64,000 nt of DNA, taken from an uncultured Granulosicoccaceae bacterium (GTDB lineage Bacteria > Pseudomonadota > Gammaproteobacteria > Granulosicoccales > Granulosicoccaceae). The notes under the pieces are model-generated. The model ran no database searches. It was given only the letters and a program-made list of their open reading frames with translations, and was not told the origin of the DNA. The position numbers and the translations under genes are program-made. How positions within the stretch are numbered: the stretch's first letter is position 1; each line of letters begins with the position of its first letter. Shown one piece after another: positions 27,988 through 38,597 of the stretch. The stretch lies in the NCBI GenBank assembly GCA_937922015.1, contig CAKZVB010000034.1, positions 7,775-71,774 on the forward strand. The letters are read 5' to 3'.

Positions 27988-28476
27988 ATGCAAGCCAGAC
28001 CATCTTTACTTTTTATCTATCGAAATTTACCAAAATCGATACAAAACGCCATCGTGCGCACACTTTTTCCAACCTACATCGTCGCCGCAAAAGTATACGT
28101 GACCAATGACGAGGGGAAATTTCTGGCGGTGAAAACCACCTACCACCCGAGATGGGACATCCCAAGCGGACACTGCGATCGCGCCGAAAGCCCGGACAAC
28201 GCCGCCATAAGAGAACTTTTTGAAGAAACCGGATTGCGATTATCTGAACTGGAACAAAAAGCCGTTGTGTTTGCACCACTGGATGCTACGGTACAAGTAC
28301 TGTTTCAGGGAAAAGTGACGGGCACACCGACGCTGCAGGCAGACAACGTCGAAATATCTGAGGTGCGCTGGGTAAACCGGGACGAAGTGGACTTAAACCC
28401 CTACGCGCGGGAAGCGCTTGATGTGATTCTTGATCACAAAACCACGTACTGGGTATCTAACATCAAAAGGCCATAA
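27988..28476 (+). CDS. NUDIX hydrolase
   Basis: NUDIX box GHCDRAESPDNAAIRELFEETGL. I prefer the ATG at 27988; the ORF-track start is 27901. Confidence 0.75.
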   Translation: MQARPSLLFIYRNLPKSIQNAIVRTLFPTYIVAAKVYVTNDEGKFLAVKTTYHPRWDIPSGHCDRAESPDNAAIRELFEETGLRLSELEQKAVVFAPLDATVQVLFQGKVTGTPTLQADNVEISEVRWVNRDEVDLNPYAREALDVILDHKTTYWVSNIKRP

Positions 28477-28504
28477 TCTTAGCCGCAATGCCGGGCATTC
28501 CTTA

Positions 28505-31500
28505 TTACTTACCATGAGCCAATTTAGCTAGCATCGACTCGATTCGCTGCACAGAGACCTTATCAGCGGTTCCAAGCTCCTGAGCAAATACCGATACACG
28601 CAACTCTTCAAACAACCACCGCACGGCAATTATTTTTTCATGGGTTTCGGTTGGTGTTTTATCACACGCCAGTTTCACTTGCTCCCAAACCGGTAATAAC
28701 TCAGCGCGCCGACGACGATCCCGATCGGGTTCACGGTCAAGACCATCAAGCCGTTTATTTATCGCTTTAAAATAGACGGGTAATCTGGGCAGGCGATTCG
28801 CCGGCGTAGCGGTGACAAATCCCGGATATATCAGATTTGCTATTTGATCTTTTATGTCAACCATTGGCTCAACCCAGCTCAGGGAAATTGATCCACTCAG
28901 GCGCTTTGCTACTTCGCGATGAGCCTCCATCGTTTTTTCTAAGACCGCGCAGATGGTATTAGCGTTATTGACAAGCCCGGCTTGATTACGCTCGATAATC
29001 TCAAGAAACTGCTCACGAGTCCGTGGCTGTTTTTCATCATTGATAAACGTGCTGTCGATTGCAGCGCCCACGATGTCCTGCTTCAGTACTTCGCTTTTAC
29101 CAAAGACTGCAAATCGCAAACACATCACATCAATACCAGGCAGGTTGCGCAGCAGGTACTTAATCTCTCGCTGCATACACTTTCGGTATAACGCGCGAAG
29201 CCCTGCTTTCATTTCACTGGCGGCAGCAATTTCGGTGGCAAACAACCGCAAAGCGACCAGTCCTTTTTCATCGACCAGGGCCGGATAGCCCTTCATTTTA
29301 ACGCCCTGTGTCTCAACCTCGACAGACTCAGGCAAATCACCAAAATTCCAGTCCTGAAGATCACTTCGCTCAAACGTATTGTCAGATGTAGACGCCAGAC
29401 TTTCTTCAATTTTGTCGATGTACTTTTTTTGCAGCAGCTGTAAATCGCGACCTTCATCGATGCTGTTGCCTTTCTCGTCCAGCACTTCAAATCGCATACG
29501 CAGATAATTTGACAGGTTGTCATCCTGAAAATCGAGCGCCGACAATTCAATCATGTTCAATTGTTTTAGACCATTGGCCAACGCTTCTTTAAGCGACAAA
29601 TGCCGGTGCTTATCGAGCAACGGCGACACACGCCCGGCATAATCCGGTGCAGGCACATAATTACGGCGCTGCTGTTTGGGCAGAGACTTTATAAGCGAGA
29701 CCAGTTTTTCCCGCAGCATGCCGGGCACCAGCCACTCACACTGAGCACTGTTGATTCTATTTAACAAGCTCACTGGCACCGCGAGTGTAACCCCGTCAGT
29801 CTCTGTCCCCGGCTTGAAGTTGTATTTCAAAGGCAACACGACACCTGAAAACTCTATCTGATCGGGAAAGTCAGTGTTTTTGATATCCGGCTCATCATCC
29901 TGAAGCAGATAATCGCGGCTTAGATATAAGCCGCGCGGGTTTTCCTTTTCATACTCTGCCCGCCACTTTTCAAACAACGGTCCTGAATATATACCCTCGG
30001 GAATTATCCTTTCATAAAAACGATACAGCTCTTCCGGATCAACCAGTATATCTCTGCGACGGCTTTTTTCTTCGAGAGTCACCACCTCATCAATTAGCTT
30101 TAAATTGTGATGATAAAACTCCGACTGTGTGTTGTAGTGTCCTTCGACCAGGCCGTCGCGAATAAATATCTCTCTGGATTCAGACGGGTTTATCGGTCCA
30201 TAGTTAACGCGCTTTTTTTCTATGACAACCAAACCGTACAGAGTAGACTTGCGGTTAGCACCTACCTGCGCACGTTTACGATGCCATGAAGCACCCGAGT
30301 AGCTATGCTTTAATAACAGCCCTCCTGTCTTTTCAATCCACTCGGGCTCGATACTGGCAACAGTGCGGGCATAGAGTCGGGTGGTCTCGCTAACCTCGGC
30401 AGCCATAATCCATTTTGACCCTTTACCGAAAACACCGGAACCGGGAAACAACATCAACTTGCGGTTACGAGTACCCAGGTAGTTGTTGCGGTCATCCTTA
30501 ATAGCAACATTACCAAGCAAACCTGCAAGTAACGCCCGATGTATTGCGTCGTACTTTGCCTCGGTAGTGTTTTCTACTATTTTCATTTCCCGCAACACCT
30601 GCTGCAGCTGTTTTCTGATATCGCGCCATTCACGCACACGCATATAAGCCAGAAAACGCTGCCCACACATTTTGCGAAACTGATTTCCGGAAAGGCGCTC
30701 ATTTTGAACCCGACAAAACTCCCACATATTCAGTATCGCCATAAAGTCTGATCTGGCGTCATTGAACTCAGCGTGTAATTCATCCGCTGCCTGCTGTTTT
30801 GCCATGGGTCTTTCACGCGGATCCTGCACAGATAACATACTGACTATGGTCAGGACCTGCGCGACACTTCCTTCGCTTTGTGCCTCCAACAACATACGGG
30901 CGAGCCGCGGATCAATAGGCAGCCTCGCCAACTTGCGACCGAGATCCGTTAACTTGCGGTTATTACCTACCGCGCCTAGCTCAAGCAGTAATTGGTAGCC
31001 ATCATTAATCTGCCGTCCATCAGGGGCCTGCACAAACGGGAAATCTTCCATCTGTCCCAGTCTGGACACTTCCATTTGCAAAATAACAGACGCAAGGTTG
31101 GTCCTGAGTATTTCAGGCTCGGTAAATTCATCGCGCTGATCAAAGTCATCTTCGCTATAAAGCCTGATACACACACCAGGCGCTTCGCGTCCACAACGAC
31201 CTTTGCGTTGATTAGCTGACGCTTGCGAGACTCTTTCAATTGGCAGCCGCTGGACTTTGCTGCGCACGCTATAACGAGACATACGAGCAAGTCCGGCATC
31301 CACTACATAGCGAATCCCCGGCACAGTCAGAGAGGTTTCCGCCACATTGGTCGCCAGCACAATGCGTCGACCACTATGCCTTGCAAATATCTTTGCCTGT
31401 TCTGAAGCGGACAAACGCGCCAGCATTGGCAGAACTTCAACCCCCCTCAACAATCGACTCGACGCCGACGCCTTGCTGATCACATCGGCCGTTTCACGAA

Positions 31501-32452
31501 TATCGCGCTCACCCGGCAGAAAAACAAGTATGTCGCCACCGCCAAGACTGGCAAGCTCATCGCAGGCATCAAAGATCGCCTGTGGCTGATCACGATCATC
31601 GTTTTCATCCTCCTGCCATGGTCGATAACGCACCTCAACCGGATAACTGCGCCCCTCCGCCAGCACGATAGGAGCATCATTAAAATGTCTGGAGAAGGTA
31701 TCCGGATCAATAGTTGCCGAGGTAATAATTACCTTCAGATCACGGCGTTTCACCAGCAGGCTTTTTAAATAGCCAAGTATGAAGTCGATATTAAGAGAGC
31801 GCTCATGTGCTTCATCAACAATGATAGTGTCATACTGATTCAGCCAAGGATCTGATTGAATCTCAGCAAGTAATATCCCATCGGTCATCAGCTTGATGTA
31901 AGAATCGTTTGATAACTTGTCACTAAACCGGACCTTATACCCCACAGCCCCACCCAGCTCGGTTTTCAGTTCCGATGCAATTCGATCAGAAACACTGCGT
32001 GCTGCGATGCGACGTGGTTGCGTGTGACCAATAAAGCCGTCACGTCCCAACCCGGCATCCAGACACATTTTGGGTATCTGGGTGGTTTTACCGGACCCCG
32101 TTTCACCGCAAATTATGGTAACCGGATTGTTTTTAATCGTTTCAATGATCTTGTCGCGATGCGCAACAATTGGAAGGTCTTCAGGGTAGTTTGTCTCAGG
32201 TATGCGACTAACACGTGTGTTGCGACGTGCCTTTGCAAGTGCTACTTTTTGTTTGAGCTGCTCGAGCTTCTGCGCATCAATTTCGACAGGCGTTGTGCTG
32301 TTGTCTCCGGGTGTATTTCCGGAAGTGCCTTTCTTTTTTCTGCCGCGCGGCCCGGTGCCGGAGAGATTTCGTAACTGCCGCCGTAAACCATGCTGCTCGG
32401 CACGCATACACTTATCGATATCCCGGTGAATTGAATTAAGGTCTATCGACAC
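28505..32452 (-). CDS. hrpA: ATP-dependent RNA helicase HrpA (DEAH-box)
   Basis: 1315 aa. GETGSGKTTQIPK, DEAHERS, SATID, the HA2/OB domains, and the long C-terminal HrpA-specific region. Confidence 0.93.
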   Translation of the reverse strand: MSIDLNSIHRDIDKCMRAEQHGLRRQLRNLSGTGPRGRKKKGTSGNTPGDNSTTPVEIDAQKLEQLKQKVALAKARRNTRVSRIPETNYPEDLPIVAHRDKIIETIKNNPVTIICGETGSGKTTQIPKMCLDAGLGRDGFIGHTQPRRIAARSVSDRIASELKTELGGAVGYKVRFSDKLSNDSYIKLMTDGILLAEIQSDPWLNQYDTIIVDEAHERSLNIDFILGYLKSLLVKRRDLKVIITSATIDPDTFSRHFNDAPIVLAEGRSYPVEVRYRPWQEDENDDRDQPQAIFDACDELASLGGGDILVFLPGERDIRETADVISKASASSRLLRGVEVLPMLARLSASEQAKIFARHSGRRIVLATNVAETSLTVPGIRYVVDAGLARMSRYSVRSKVQRLPIERVSQASANQRKGRCGREAPGVCIRLYSEDDFDQRDEFTEPEILRTNLASVILQMEVSRLGQMEDFPFVQAPDGRQINDGYQLLLELGAVGNNRKLTDLGRKLARLPIDPRLARMLLEAQSEGSVAQVLTIVSMLSVQDPRERPMAKQQAADELHAEFNDARSDFMAILNMWEFCRVQNERLSGNQFRKMCGQRFLAYMRVREWRDIRKQLQQVLREMKIVENTTEAKYDAIHRALLAGLLGNVAIKDDRNNYLGTRNRKLMLFPGSGVFGKGSKWIMAAEVSETTRLYARTVASIEPEWIEKTGGLLLKHSYSGASWHRKRAQVGANRKSTLYGLVVIEKKRVNYGPINPSESREIFIRDGLVEGHYNTQSEFYHHNLKLIDEVVTLEEKSRRRDILVDPEELYRFYERIIPEGIYSGPLFEKWRAEYEKENPRGLYLSRDYLLQDDEPDIKNTDFPDQIEFSGVVLPLKYNFKPGTETDGVTLAVPVSLLNRINSAQCEWLVPGMLREKLVSLIKSLPKQQRRNYVPAPDYAGRVSPLLDKHRHLSLKEALANGLKQLNMIELSALDFQDDNLSNYLRMRFEVLDEKGNSIDEGRDLQLLQKKYIDKIEESLASTSDNTFERSDLQDWNFGDLPESVEVETQGVKMKGYPALVDEKGLVALRLFATEIAAASEMKAGLRALYRKCMQREIKYLLRNLPGIDVMCLRFAVFGKSEVLKQDIVGAAIDSTFINDEKQPRTREQFLEIIERNQAGLVNNANTICAVLEKTMEAHREVAKRLSGSISLSWVEPMVDIKDQIANLIYPGFVTATPANRLPRLPVYFKAINKRLDGLDREPDRDRRRRAELLPVWEQVKLACDKTPTETHEKIIAVRWLFEELRVSVFAQELGTADKVSVQRIESMLAKLAHGK

Positions 32453-32605
32453 GATAAGAACACTATTTTATAGTCAGGCCACCTAGTGTAACAGGCTACC
32501 AGGTCAGTCCGCTGCGATGATTCTTTGATCCTGAAATAAAGCAACGCCACCGGCGGGAAAGCCCGGGGCAGTTAATTCAATTAATATAATCTAATTAAAA
32601 GAGAG

Positions 32606-33445
32606 CTAACTCTGCACTTTAATTACAAGGTAACCCATGCCACTTTGCGCTAGCCTGCTCTGCGCGTCACGCAAACTTTTGGCATCATAAAAAGGGCCGA
32701 TTCTAACTCGGTGCAACTGTTTGCCATCTTTAGGAATTGTGCGAATAAACGCATCCATTCCCGATTGAACCAGTTTGTTTTTCATACGGTTTGCATCACC
32801 GTTATTGATAAAAGCTCCGGCCTGCAGGTAGTAGAAGGTGGTTGGGGTATTGGGGATTTTTTTAACTATCGATGACTGCTGAATAGTGCGCATCTGATCA
32901 CTTTGCTGTCTGGCTAGTGCGTTAGTAACGACCGGGCTTAGTGTTGAGGTACCGACAGCGGCTACTTCAAGAGGCTGCACTCCTCCGGTGGAATTGAGTT
33001 CTTCGGCCACCTGAACTGCTGACGGACGTTGATCCGCGGCAGCGCCATAACGACCGGTGCGCTCACTTCTGCTAAAGGCCGGCATTTGATCTGCAGCAAC
33101 ATTAGGCACCGCGTCGCGTACCCCTGGAAGATTGTCATAAAACCCAAACTGTGATGGATCGGCCGTTTCATAACTTTCGACAGTACGTTCTGTTTCGACC
33201 AGTGTGTATTGCTCTTCCGGCAGTCGCGATAAGAACAGCACAAAGCCCAGAACAAATCCGACCATAATTCCGATAGTCAACAGCATCCAGCCGTGGCTCG
33301 CACCCGTCTGGCGACCCCATTTTATTTTGCTTTGCATATCAAGCAGCACACCCGGATACGAGCGACAGTCACTTAAATTTATTTTTGGTCTGCCGGAACT
33401 ATCCATTACCTTCTTCAAATGATCGCTAGTGTTAATCATCGCCAT
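32606..33445 (-). CDS. SPOR-domain bitopic membrane protein (FtsN/DedD-like cell-division protein)
   Basis: 279 aa. One TM segment (WMLLTIGIMVGFVLGFVLFL), a low-complexity linker, and a C-terminal SPOR domain (YYLQAGAFINNGDANRMKNKL...HRVRIGPFYDAKSLRDAQSRL). It lies downstream of priA. Confidence 0.75.
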   Translation of the reverse strand: MAMINTSDHLKKVMDSSGRPKINLSDCRSYPGVLLDMQSKIKWGRQTGASHGWMLLTIGIMVGFVLGFVLFLSRLPEEQYTLVETERTVESYETADPSQFGFYDNLPGVRDAVPNVAADQMPAFSRSERTGRYGAAADQRPSAVQVAEELNSTGGVQPLEVAAVGTSTLSPVVTNALARQQSDQMRTIQQSSIVKKIPNTPTTFYYLQAGAFINNGDANRMKNKLVQSGMDAFIRTIPKDGKQLHRVRIGPFYDAKSLRDAQSRLAQSGMGYLVIKVQS

Positions 33446-33767
33446 GTTTCAAATCTGCCGTACCGCCAGTGAGTCGTATTCAGTTCTGCCGCAGCAATTG
33501 TACCGTTTATGTTACACATGTCTAAATTCTGTACAAGGTTTACAACATCTGCGTCCCAACGACCTGTTGACCGTGCTTCTTGCTGAGCTTAGCCGCTCCG
33601 AAACAATAATTTATTTTATTATAGGTCAAACATTTACGGGCGTTTCTTATTCTAACGCCTGAGGTTTGGCAACGGAAGGGCTGGCGGAATTAAATTCAAT
33701 TATATCTTCGAACTCAATCGTTAACTGCATCTCATAACCACCATATATGGTGTTTGCTTTAGCAAAG

Positions 33768-35987
33768 CTACAACATATCGTGTGGATCAACGTCAAGAGA
33801 CCAACGCACCTTTCGAGAAGACGGCAATTGCTCTAAAGCGACTCTTAACCAGGAAAGTAGCTGATGCAGGGGCTTTCTCTGTGAACAAACAAAAAGCAAT
33901 TGCGCCCTGTAACGCCCCGCCAGTCGCTCCATCGGAGCATGCGCCGGCCCCAGAACCATCACCGCTGACTGAGGATTGATATCTTCTGACCCGGCCATGC
34001 GACGCACTTCATCCAGATAATTGCGCGCCACACCCGGTGGCTCTGCCTCCGCGCGAAGCAGCGCTATATGCACAAAGGGTGGCCACGCGGTTTGCCGCCT
34101 CTCTTCCAAAAGATATTTTGCAAAGGACCCATAGCCCTCTGCCAGTAGCTTATCCAGCAACGGGTGCTCGGGGTTGCGGCTTTGCACCATAACTGCGCCA
34201 CGTTTTTCGGCACGCCCCGCGCGGCCTGCCACCTGCACGATAAGTTGTCCCATTTGCTCAACTGATCGAAAATCCGCACCAAACAAACCACGATCTGCGT
34301 CAACAATGCCGACTAACGTTACGTTTGGAAAATCATGTCCCTTGGCAAGCATTTGAGTACCCACCAGAATTTGCGCCTCGCCACTTGCAGCCATCATTAA
34401 GTGTCTTTGCAATTCACCTTTGCGACTGGTGCTGTCACGGTCAATGCGCAACACTTTATAGTCCGGGAATTTTTCCGATAGAAACTCATCGATACGCTCA
34501 GTGCCGGAGCCTACTCGAATTAATTTATCAGCCTGCGCCTCACATGCACTACACGTCGAGGGAATTCTGTTTTCAGCACCGCAATGGTGACACCTCAAAC
34601 GACCTGAGCGCACATGCACTGTCATATGCGCATCACAGTTATTACAGTCGGCCATAGTGCCGCACTCTTCACACATCAACACCGGTGCATACCCGCGTCG
34701 ATTGATAAACACAATGACTTGCTCACCGCGCGCCAGTACCTCTTCCATTCCTGCCAACAGCCTTCGCGACAATCCATTTTCAATTTCACCACCGCGACTG
34801 TCCACCAGAGTCATGACCGGATCAATCGCAACGCCCGCGCGGTTTTCTATTTTGTGAAGCTCCAGCAAACCGCGATCGGTGTTATGCAGTGTTTCAAGGG
34901 CTGGTGTCGCTGAGCCTAGAACAATAGGGATTTGAGCCTTACGCGCACGCACCATGGCAAGATCTCTGGCGTGGTATCGAAAACCATCCTGCTGTTTTAG
35001 AGAACCGTCGTGTTCTTCATCAACGACAATAAAGCCTAACTTCGGCATGGGTGTAAACACAGCAGAGCGAGTACCGATAACCACACTCGCCTCCCCGGAC
35101 ACCGCCGCCTGCCAGGCAAGCAGTCTTTCTGTATCATTAAGACCGGAATGCAGCACCTCTACCCGGCAGGCCAGCGCTGACCTGACGCGCGACAGTAACT
35201 GTGGTGTCAGACCAATCTCCGGCAACAGCACCAATACCTGCTTACCACTTGCGATAACGCGGCGTGCTACATCTATATAGACTTCGGTTTTGCCACTGCC
35301 AGTCACGCCATATAAGAGACTGGGATAAAACACATTAAGCTTGTTATTTATGGCGGTGGCAGCCGCTTGCTGTTCATCGTTTAAGGCAAACACGGGCCGG
35401 GGTTTTTCCAGCGGATATGCCTGTGCGGTTGTCTCGACAAGACCCTTGGCAATAAGCTGCTTCATCGGTGCCGACCAGCGTGCATCAAACAGTCGACACT
35501 CGCCACCGGTAACTGATGATTTGCTGTCTCTTATAAACTGCAGCAGTTGCGACTGCACCGGTGCTCGAGCTAACGAGTCAATATCAAGATTAATACCCGC
35601 CTGAGTAATCTTATAACTCAGAGGTGGCTTTGGTTGAGAGACACCCGGCTTGCGCAGCAATACCGGAAGCGCTGCAGAAAATGCCTCGCCTATCGGACAA
35701 TGGTAATAGCGGCTGGCCCATTCAACCAGTGATACGATGTCCGGCGACAGCAAGGGCTCGACATCCAACAGTGCCTTGACAGGCTTTAGCCTGGAAATAT
35801 CAACGCTCGGCTCACCTGACCCGAGTACAATACCTACCTTACTGCCGCGCCCGAACGGCACAAGCACCCTCGAGCCGGGCCGATAGCAATCAGGATCTTC
35901 GCCAGGCAAATAGTCAAAAACCCGAGACAGAGGCACCGCAATTGCCACTTTTATGGCGATGGTGTTGTTTTTTTCTGCTGCAATCAC
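33768..35987 (-). CDS. priA: Primosomal replication-restart helicase PriA
   Basis: 739 aa. GVTGSGKTEVY, DEEHD, the Cys-rich zinc-binding insert (CEECG...CNNCDAHMTVH...LRCHHCG...CSAC), and the C-terminal domain. GTG start. Confidence 0.93.
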   Translation of the reverse strand: MIAAEKNNTIAIKVAIAVPLSRVFDYLPGEDPDCYRPGSRVLVPFGRGSKVGIVLGSGEPSVDISRLKPVKALLDVEPLLSPDIVSLVEWASRYYHCPIGEAFSAALPVLLRKPGVSQPKPPLSYKITQAGINLDIDSLARAPVQSQLLQFIRDSKSSVTGGECRLFDARWSAPMKQLIAKGLVETTAQAYPLEKPRPVFALNDEQQAAATAINNKLNVFYPSLLYGVTGSGKTEVYIDVARRVIASGKQVLVLLPEIGLTPQLLSRVRSALACRVEVLHSGLNDTERLLAWQAAVSGEASVVIGTRSAVFTPMPKLGFIVVDEEHDGSLKQQDGFRYHARDLAMVRARKAQIPIVLGSATPALETLHNTDRGLLELHKIENRAGVAIDPVMTLVDSRGGEIENGLSRRLLAGMEEVLARGEQVIVFINRRGYAPVLMCEECGTMADCNNCDAHMTVHVRSGRLRCHHCGAENRIPSTCSACEAQADKLIRVGSGTERIDEFLSEKFPDYKVLRIDRDSTSRKGELQRHLMMAASGEAQILVGTQMLAKGHDFPNVTLVGIVDADRGLFGADFRSVEQMGQLIVQVAGRAGRAEKRGAVMVQSRNPEHPLLDKLLAEGYGSFAKYLLEERRQTAWPPFVHIALLRAEAEPPGVARNYLDEVRRMAGSEDINPQSAVMVLGPAHAPMERLAGRYRAQLLFVCSQRKPLHQLLSWLRVALEQLPSSRKVRWSLDVDPHDML

Positions 35988-36027
35988 AGAAATCGAGCCG
36001 GCTCTATCAGCACAATCGGACTATACC

Positions 36028-36048
36028 TGTGGATAACTCTGTGGAAAA
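36028..36048 (-). promoter_or_regulatory. Two direct DnaA-box matches (TTATCCACA and TTTTCCACA on the minus strand)
   Basis: Plus strand TGTGGATAA at 36028-36036 (perfect consensus) and TGTGGAAAA at 36040-36048 (fits TTWTNCACA), 41-61 nt upstream of the priA GTG. A third box, TGTGTATAA, is at 36220-36228. Confidence 0.5.
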
Positions 36049-36487
36049 GTGCCTTGGGAATATCTGACCGCAACGACCAGCGACAACCTTGCTCTATCAA
36101 GCAGCAAAACCCTGCACAGAAAATATATTTATTCAATTCAGTAACTTAAGTATTTTTTTCGTTTAGGTGTTGATTTTCGTTTCAACATCAGATAAACAAT
36201 AAAGCGCTCGAATCGGGAATGTGTATAAGTAGCCACGCGCTTAACAACTGATTTATTTCTGATACACCATTATTCCTATGTTCGATTCAAAATAGCATTG
36301 GAATAACCTAGCTTTTCCTTGCAGATTAGCCGCAAAATCAATTGTCAGCGGCAAAGTAATTGTACAATTCACCACAGTGTGACTTTTGAGGCGTCAATAA
36401 ACCGACCTCTTGAATACTGTCGTCAGTCACTATCGCACGAGACAGTCTTCAGCTCCCGAATAACAATTTTAAGCTTACGGACCCCCC

Positions 36488-37627
36488 ATGAAATATATTG
36501 GCGAACCGGATTATCAACACGGTTCAGATTCGACACTGGGCATTCTGCTGGTTAACTTAGGAACCCCCGACGACACCAGTGTGCCGTCAGTGAGACGCTA
36601 TCTTAAACAATTTTTAAGTGACCCGAGAGTGGTTGAGGTTGCCAGACCATTATGGTGGTTAATTCTTAACGGAGTCATTTTAAGAATCAGACCTTCCCGC
36701 ACTGCAGAGGCCTATAAAACGGTCTGGGATGAGCAAACGGGCTCACCTCTACTGAGTATCGGAAAAAAACAGGCACACGCCATTCAGCAGATCGCCCCCG
36801 AATACTTCAAAGGCAAGCCGCACGTGGCACTTGCCATGCGTTATGGAAATCCTTCGATAGAATCCGCCTTAACACAGATGCGTGAGGCCAGGGTAAGAAG
36901 ACTGGTGGTACTGCCTCTATACCCTCAGTACTCCGGCTCAACCGTCGCTTCTGTGTTCGATGAGGTAACGAACCAGCTTAAGAAATTCCGCTGGATCCCC
37001 GAGATTCGTTTTATCAATCAATATTTCGATGACCCGAGCTATATTGACGCACTGGCAGATTCTGTTAGAGAAAGCTGGCAGGCAAACGGTCAGGCGCAGC
37101 AACTGGTGATGTCTTTTCATGGAATTCCACAGCGCTACCGCAGCGCCGGCGACCCCTACTTTTGCCAATGTCAGGCAACTGCCAGATTGCTGGCTGAAAA
37201 GCTGTCCCTGAGCGCCGATCAGTATCAGGTGGTATTCCAGTCGCGCTTTGGCAGAGAGCCCTGGTTACAGCCATATTGCGATAAGACACTGGAGACTCTG
37301 CCATCCAAAGGGATCAAAAGTATTGACTTGATTTGCCCGGGCTTTTCCGCCGATTGTCTGGAAACGATAGAAGAGATAAACGTGGAGAACCGCGAAATTT
37401 TTATGCACGCCGGTGGTGAGCAATTCCATTACATCGAAGCACTGAATAACCGTGACACGCATATACAAGGCATATGCAAGCTTCTTCAACGCCACACAGC
37501 CGGCTGGCCGGAAAGCATTGCGGATTACAAAGATCTGCAGGCGGCAGAACAAACCTCACCGATAAACGACCCGGCCAGTCTGGCCGGTTCTCGTGAACGT
37601 GCACTTGCATTGGGTGCGCCGGCTTAA
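36488..37627 (+). CDS. hemH: Ferrochelatase
   Basis: 379 aa. LLVNLGTPD, YLKQFLSDPRVV, LPLYPQYSGSTV and SFHGIP are the canonical HemH motifs. There is a ~40-aa C-terminal extension. Confidence 0.92.
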   Translation: MKYIGEPDYQHGSDSTLGILLVNLGTPDDTSVPSVRRYLKQFLSDPRVVEVARPLWWLILNGVILRIRPSRTAEAYKTVWDEQTGSPLLSIGKKQAHAIQQIAPEYFKGKPHVALAMRYGNPSIESALTQMREARVRRLVVLPLYPQYSGSTVASVFDEVTNQLKKFRWIPEIRFINQYFDDPSYIDALADSVRESWQANGQAQQLVMSFHGIPQRYRSAGDPYFCQCQATARLLAEKLSLSADQYQVVFQSRFGREPWLQPYCDKTLETLPSKGIKSIDLICPGFSADCLETIEEINVENREIFMHAGGEQFHYIEALNNRDTHIQGICKLLQRHTAGWPESIADYKDLQAAEQTSPINDPASLAGSRERALALGAPA

Positions 37628-37820
37628 AACCTGAAATTAAATCCCTCCCGCAAGTAAGAGTTTTACCGGGCATTGCGGCAATAAGCCGCAGGCCCGGGCG
37701 CCGCCCATTTAAACCAGATTCAGAGAGAACAGTTGGCAATCGGCGTTGAAAAAATCGGGGGGTGACTACATCAAACTATGAAGAACGGCGTTAATCCGAA
37801 CCGTTAACCGGCCAGCGGCG

Positions 37821-38597
37821 CTAGGCCTGGCTCTGTTTTTTCTTCCACTTCAAAATCCGGTACACAAATAAAGGATTACCAATTATATAGCGACGCCACA
37901 ATCGGCCAGGCTCAAGATACAGCCGATACAACCACTCTATACCGCCATTGCGCATCCACATCGGGGCGCGTTTCTTATCCCCTGAATAAAAATCAAACAA
38001 CCCGCCCACCCCGATCAACAAGTTGCTGTCGATTTCATGCTGGTGACGATGAATCCATTTTTCCTGACGCGGGGCACCGAAAGCCACCAACAAAATATTC
38101 GGCTTTACTGAATTTATCTTCGCGATAACATCAGCACTTTCGCTGTCGTGATCAAAGTATCCATGCTGCTCGCCAACTACATTCAACCCGGGATAGCTGG
38201 CCTCGAGATTTTTCTTCATGCGGCCTGCAACACCGGGCGCAGCCCCAAGCAAAAAAAGCGTGAAATCATTCTTTTTAGATATTTCGCAAAGCTCTGGCAG
38301 TAAATCGGTGCCATTGAGGTTTGCTTTAAGACGTTTGCCAATCATACGACAGGCTATATTCATCCCCGCACCATCTGGCAGCACAATGCGTTGGGAATTC
38401 AGTATTGAGCGATACTCGTGATCGCCAGAGCTAATGTTCAGACAATCTGCATTGATGAACGATACACACTCTTTGCCGTCCGCCTTGACGACACCGGACA
38501 CCAGACTCAGGGCATCATCCATAGAGATGCTCAAAAAGCCAACATCCAGCACGTTGAGTTGATTACTCTGGTCCATTAGAACCATAGTCCGGGTCAC
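37821..38597 (-). CDS. WecB/TagA/CpsF-family glycosyltransferase
   Basis: 258 aa. NADCLNI...VLPDGAGM...FLLGAAPGVA...LLVAFGAPRQEKWI...GVGGLFDFYSG...RAP.WMR..G.EWLYRL is the GT26 signature. Confidence 0.85.
   Translation of the reverse strand: MTRTMVLMDQSNQLNVLDVGFLSISMDDALSLVSGVVKADGKECVSFINADCLNISSGDHEYRSILNSQRIVLPDGAGMNIACRMIGKRLKANLNGTDLLPELCEISKKNDFTLFLLGAAPGVAGRMKKNLEASYPGLNVVGEQHGYFDHDSESADVIAKINSVKPNILLVAFGAPRQEKWIHRHQHEIDSNLLIGVGGLFDFYSGDKKRAPMWMRNGGIEWLYRLYLEPGRLWRRYIIGNPLFVYRILKWKKKQSQA

Noticed and set aside
28477-28504. The palindrome AATGCC-G-GGCATT lies between convergent NUDIX and hrpA and could be a terminator.
   Set aside because: The loop is too small and there is no flanking T-run or A-run. 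I could not support calling it a terminator.
36000-36487. A DnaA-box cluster plus an AT-rich stretch could be the chromosomal origin (oriC).
   Set aside because: There are only three boxes, I recognise no 13-mer-type DUE repeats, and the flanking genes (priA, hemH) are not typical origin neighbours (dnaA, rpmH, gidA). I kept it as a DnaA-box cluster of unknown role, pending whole-genome GC-skew data.
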